DNA of 64,000 nt, from assembly GCA_007376295.1 (NCBI GenBank), contig VMGB01000003.1, positions 71,106-135,105 on the forward strand, in the 5' to 3' direction. Positions 60,835 to 64,000 of this stretch are shown piece after piece. Under the pieces are notes generated by a model. It was not told the DNA's origin, searched no databases, and saw only the letters and a program-made list of their open reading frames with translations. Both the position numbers and the translations under genes were made by a program. Each line of letters opens with the position of its first letter. The first letter of the stretch is position 1. The DNA is from Parcubacteria group bacterium Gr01-1014_13. Its GTDB lineage: Bacteria; Patescibacteriota; Patescibacteriia; Magasanikbacterales; GWA2-37-8.

Positions 60835-61614
60835 ATGGATTTGATCGATTTTGATTTGTTAAAGGCACATGCTATAAAAAAGCCAAAAGAATTTTTGTAC
60901 TCCCATCCGGAATATCGTTTGTCAATTTGGGAATGGCTAAAATTAAAATATTTTATCTTCTTACGTAATCACGGCTACTCGGTGGCCGCTATTACCAAGC
61001 ATAAAGAATTTTATGGCTTGGATTTTTTTGTAAACAAACATGTGCTTATCCCCCGCCCAGACACGGAATTAATGGTAACAGAAGTAATTGAGGAAATTAA
61101 AAAGACAAATGAAAAAATAACACTGGTTGATGTGGGTACGGGCAGTAGCTGTATACCAATTTCTGTATTAAAAAATTTACCAGAACCAGTACCAACATAC
61201 GCCATAGATATTTCCAGCCAAGCTTTAAAGGTGGCCAAAAAAAACGCGGAAAATTATGGTATAAAAATACAATTTTTGCGTGGTAATTTGCTTGAACCGA
61301 TTTTACAAAAAATTTCCGGTAAAATTATTTCCACCGCCAATCTCCCTTACCTTACCGAACAACAATTTAAAAATGAACCATCTATTGCCCGAGAACCAAA
61401 AAATGCGCTGGTAGCAAAGAATAACGGTCTAGCTTTATACGAAGAACTATTACAACAAATTAAAACTTCTGGCTTAGACGCTACAATATTTTTAGAAATA
61501 GATCCATCGCAAACAGAGGCAATAAATAAATTGATTACAAAATATCTTCCGGAGTCAAAAATAGAAATAAAAAAAGACCTTGGCGGTCTAAATCGTCTGG
61601 TAAAAATATCTTAA
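60835..61614 (+). CDS. prmC: Release factor glutamine methyltransferase
   Basis: LIPRPDTE, DVGTGS, NLPY; directly follows prfA. Confidence 0.92.
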   Translation: MDLIDFDLLKAHAIKKPKEFLYSHPEYRLSIWEWLKLKYFIFLRNHGYSVAAITKHKEFYGLDFFVNKHVLIPRPDTELMVTEVIEEIKKTNEKITLVDVGTGSSCIPISVLKNLPEPVPTYAIDISSQALKVAKKNAENYGIKIQFLRGNLLEPILQKISGKIISTANLPYLTEQQFKNEPSIAREPKNALVAKNNGLALYEELLQQIKTSGLDATIFLEIDPSQTEAINKLITKYLPESKIEIKKDLGGLNRLVKIS

Positions 61615-62669
61615 TTTGTTACCTGTACTTTTACCTCTTTCGGCACTACTTCTACCCAAGTGTTGCCTGGCACCAACATTACTTCTTTTCCATTTTTATC
61701 ATAAAATCGAGTGCGGCTAGTAAGAGAAGTCTTTTTCCAAGTTCCATAAGAAACATTACCTTTCTTTAAAATTATTGCCGTACCTTTACCCACGGTAGTA
61801 ATTACCTTTCGCCCTTTGTCGTCGCTGACCACATCTTGCACATTAGTAATTTGCACTAAAATATTTCGCGCCCGTACTTCGGAGCCGTCTTTGTCTGTTT
61901 CTTTTTTGTCATTTACGGAACGTACATAATTCAATTTTTTGGCGTCATACGTCCAAACTACTTCATAATCAGTGCTAAAAGGAATTTTTACTCCACCTCT
62001 AGTACCAATAGTTTTTCCAATAATTCGTGTATACTTCCAAGCTTTATCGGCAGTAAACAAAGTGCTTGTATTTCCATACTGACTAACAACCTTCTGCCAG
62101 TTGTCGGTATTGGTATAAAGATTGTGCGGGGCTTGTCTCCTCTGGCTTCTCCAGTAATACTGCCCCCAATAAAACTCATTGGCATCAAAAATTTTTCTGG
62201 AGTTGATTAAACCTAGAGCTTCAGGTGAGCCGCCGGAATGCATATACAAACCGTTACCATATTCCTGTAGCCAATCCAAAAAGTAGCCGCGAGCACTACG
62301 TACCGGACCAGCTTCAATTACAGCCTGTTTATTGTCGAATATAGCCAAATAACGCGTAAGGCCACCTTCGACTGGTGCTTCATAGACTATTTTGGCTTGA
62401 GAAAGACCAGATTGGGGACGGGAATCTGGATGATTATCTATCATCACGCCCACTACCTGGACTGCGGAATCGGCTTTTGAGCTTACAACTTTCCCATCTA
62501 GCCCGTTTATATATTTGGCCGCGGCAATCTCTAGCTTGTCATTATTGTTGAAAGCGCGCAGCAATTCCTGTGAGGGATAAAAATAAAAGAAGAGATACAC
62601 AATTCCTGCTAAGGAAACTAGTGCTAAGATAATGATTGGTGGCCAGTGCTTAGGTAACTTGTGTTTCAT
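61611..62669 (-). CDS. DUF3048-domain protein
   Basis: MIDNHPDSRPQSGL, EGGLTR, GPVRSAR, APHNLY. Confidence 0.88.
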   Translation of the reverse strand: MKHKLPKHWPPIIILALVSLAGIVYLFFYFYPSQELLRAFNNNDKLEIAAAKYINGLDGKVVSSKADSAVQVVGVMIDNHPDSRPQSGLSQAKIVYEAPVEGGLTRYLAIFDNKQAVIEAGPVRSARGYFLDWLQEYGNGLYMHSGGSPEALGLINSRKIFDANEFYWGQYYWRSQRRQAPHNLYTNTDNWQKVVSQYGNTSTLFTADKAWKYTRIIGKTIGTRGGVKIPFSTDYEVVWTYDAKKLNYVRSVNDKKETDKDGSEVRARNILVQITNVQDVVSDDKGRKVITTVGKGTAIILKKGNVSYGTWKKTSLTSRTRFYDKNGKEVMLVPGNTWVEVVPKEVKVQVTN

Positions 62670-62737
62670 ATAACTGTATTATACCAAAGTAGACTAAAAC
62701 TAAAAACACTCCAATTTCTGGAGTGTTTTCTTGTTTA

Positions 62738-63451
62738 TTATTCTTTTTCTTCCTTTTTCTCTTCTTTGCCAGCTCCAGCTTCTGGCTTAGGAGCACCTTC
62801 GGCACCTTCTTCACCCTCTTCTTCTTTCTTCTTGCCGGCAACTTCAATTTTGGTCAAATCAGCTGGTTTAGCAGATTCTTCCATAGCCTTAATTTCTTCT
62901 TCAGTCAAAGCGGCAGTAGCTTTAGCAATCAAATCTTCCGCATGAGGATTGGTAATAGTGATTCCAGCCGGAACAATTAAATTTTTAATTTTTACAACAT
63001 CATCAAAAGTTTTCAAAACAGTCAAATCAACATCAATATGGGAAACCAAATCTTTTGGCAAACATTTTACTTCCACAGATTCAAGGTTACGCATTAAAGT
63101 ACCGCCTTGTTCCTTGATTACTGGCGCTTCACCAACAAAACGCAGCTCAACAGTAGCGGTCATTTCTTTATTCATATCGATACGGCGCAAATCCACATGG
63201 ATCATGCGGTCAGAAACAGGATCATACTGCACGTCCTGCACCAAAACTTTTCCTTCAGCCTTGTCTCCCAAAAGCAAATCAATCAAACTTGCTTCACCAG
63301 CTTCGGCAAATAATTTTGCAAATTCATCATAATTCAAAGTAACAGAAGCGGCTGTTGCGCCCATACCATAAACTACGGCCGGAAGTACGGTCTTGGTTCT
63401 TACTTTTTCTCCTTTAACGGTTCTGGTGTTAGCTGATAATTTGAATGCCAT
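62738..63451 (-). CDS. rplY: 50S ribosomal protein L25 / Ctc
   Basis: PAVVYG, VQYDPVSDRMIHVD, acidic tail. Confidence 0.95.
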   Translation of the reverse strand: MAFKLSANTRTVKGEKVRTKTVLPAVVYGMGATAASVTLNYDEFAKLFAEAGEASLIDLLLGDKAEGKVLVQDVQYDPVSDRMIHVDLRRIDMNKEMTATVELRFVGEAPVIKEQGGTLMRNLESVEVKCLPKDLVSHIDVDLTVLKTFDDVVKIKNLIVPAGITITNPHAEDLIAKATAALTEEEIKAMEESAKPADLTKIEVAGKKKEEEGEEGAEGAPKPEAGAGKEEKKEEKE

Positions 63452-63452
63452 A

Positions 63453-63788
63453 TTAAAGTAATTTTAGAAAATCTGGGCGATTAAATATTTTATACCCCTC
63501 GATTGTTTCATCAATAGTTAAGGGCGACATTTTGTATAATTTTTGGACATCTTTCAAATTTAGATCGGTAACCATTCCTACCGTGCTCATGCCTTTTGGC
63601 ATCACCATAACCATGGCCATAAAGTGACTGCGGCAATGATGGCAAGTAAAATGGACAAATCTGGCATCGTTTTCTTTTATAAACAACTTACCGGCCTGAG
63701 ATTTGTAATCACGGCCGCAAACCGGGCAATGGCTGATTAACTTTAGGTTTTTCCGCCAAGAATCGGCTTTTTTCTTGTTTGCCAGCAT
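63453..63788 (-). CDS. Zinc-ribbon hypothetical protein
   Basis: CPVC and CHHC pairs, VTDL. Confidence 0.7.
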   Translation of the reverse strand: MLANKKKADSWRKNLKLISHCPVCGRDYKSQAGKLFIKENDARFVHFTCHHCRSHFMAMVMVMPKGMSTVGMVTDLNLKDVQKLYKMSPLTIDETIEGYKIFNRPDFLKLL

Positions 63789-63889
63789 ATGATTGTATGG
63801 ACCAATATTAAACGATTTTAAGGATTTTGTCAAGGGATAAAATAGCTGCCTCCCACCCATTGTTAAAAACGGAGCGGGAGGCTAATTAC

Positions 63890-64000
63890 CTACTGATCAG
63901 CTAAAATTGTGGCTGGTTCCTCTTTACGCTTGCGCGAAGCCATTTTCGCTTTATTCATGCTGATACGCATAAATCGATAGATATAAACTACAACCCAAAA
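63890..64000 (-). CDS. C-terminal fragment of a membrane protein (partial at window edge)
   Basis: Open frame FWVVVYIYRFMRISMNKAKMASRKRKEEPATILADQ*. Confidence 0.45.
   Translation of the reverse strand, partial: FWVVVYIYRFMRISMNKAKMASRKRKEEPATILADQ

Overview
AT-rich bacterial chromosome segment. Gene content and style suggest Patescibacteria/CPR, Parcubacteria-like (inference): DUF4012, DUF3048, pilin-like and baseplate-J-like proteins, and core genes without Shine-Dalgarno (SD) motifs. Most of the window is housekeeping (rluD, gmk, rplS, uvrA, secG, rnj, miaA, thrS, purA, der, pth, dprA, topA, rpmF, nusB, rnc, rpmE, prfA, prmC, rplY), plus a glycosyltransferase cluster, six tRNAs, RNase P RNA and scattered SD-bearing accessory genes. 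The standout is 18718-23058. A GC-rich minus-strand gene (19940-21343) encodes an IS110/Nop-family protein with an apparently dead RuvC-like site. It is flanked on both sides by about 36 stem-loop units of about 60 nt, each carrying two variable ~9-nt spacers (minus strand CGA-N9-TG, twice). A perfect sigma70 promoter points into the locus. This looks like a TIGR-Tas-like dual-spacer RNA-guided system with unusual features: several scaffold types in a higher-order cycle, a probably nuclease-dead effector, and reconstructed targets that in several cases look like SD plus start-codon regions. The tRNA set (Ile-UAU; Arg-GCG/UCG/CCG) suggests decoding without lysidine or inosine.
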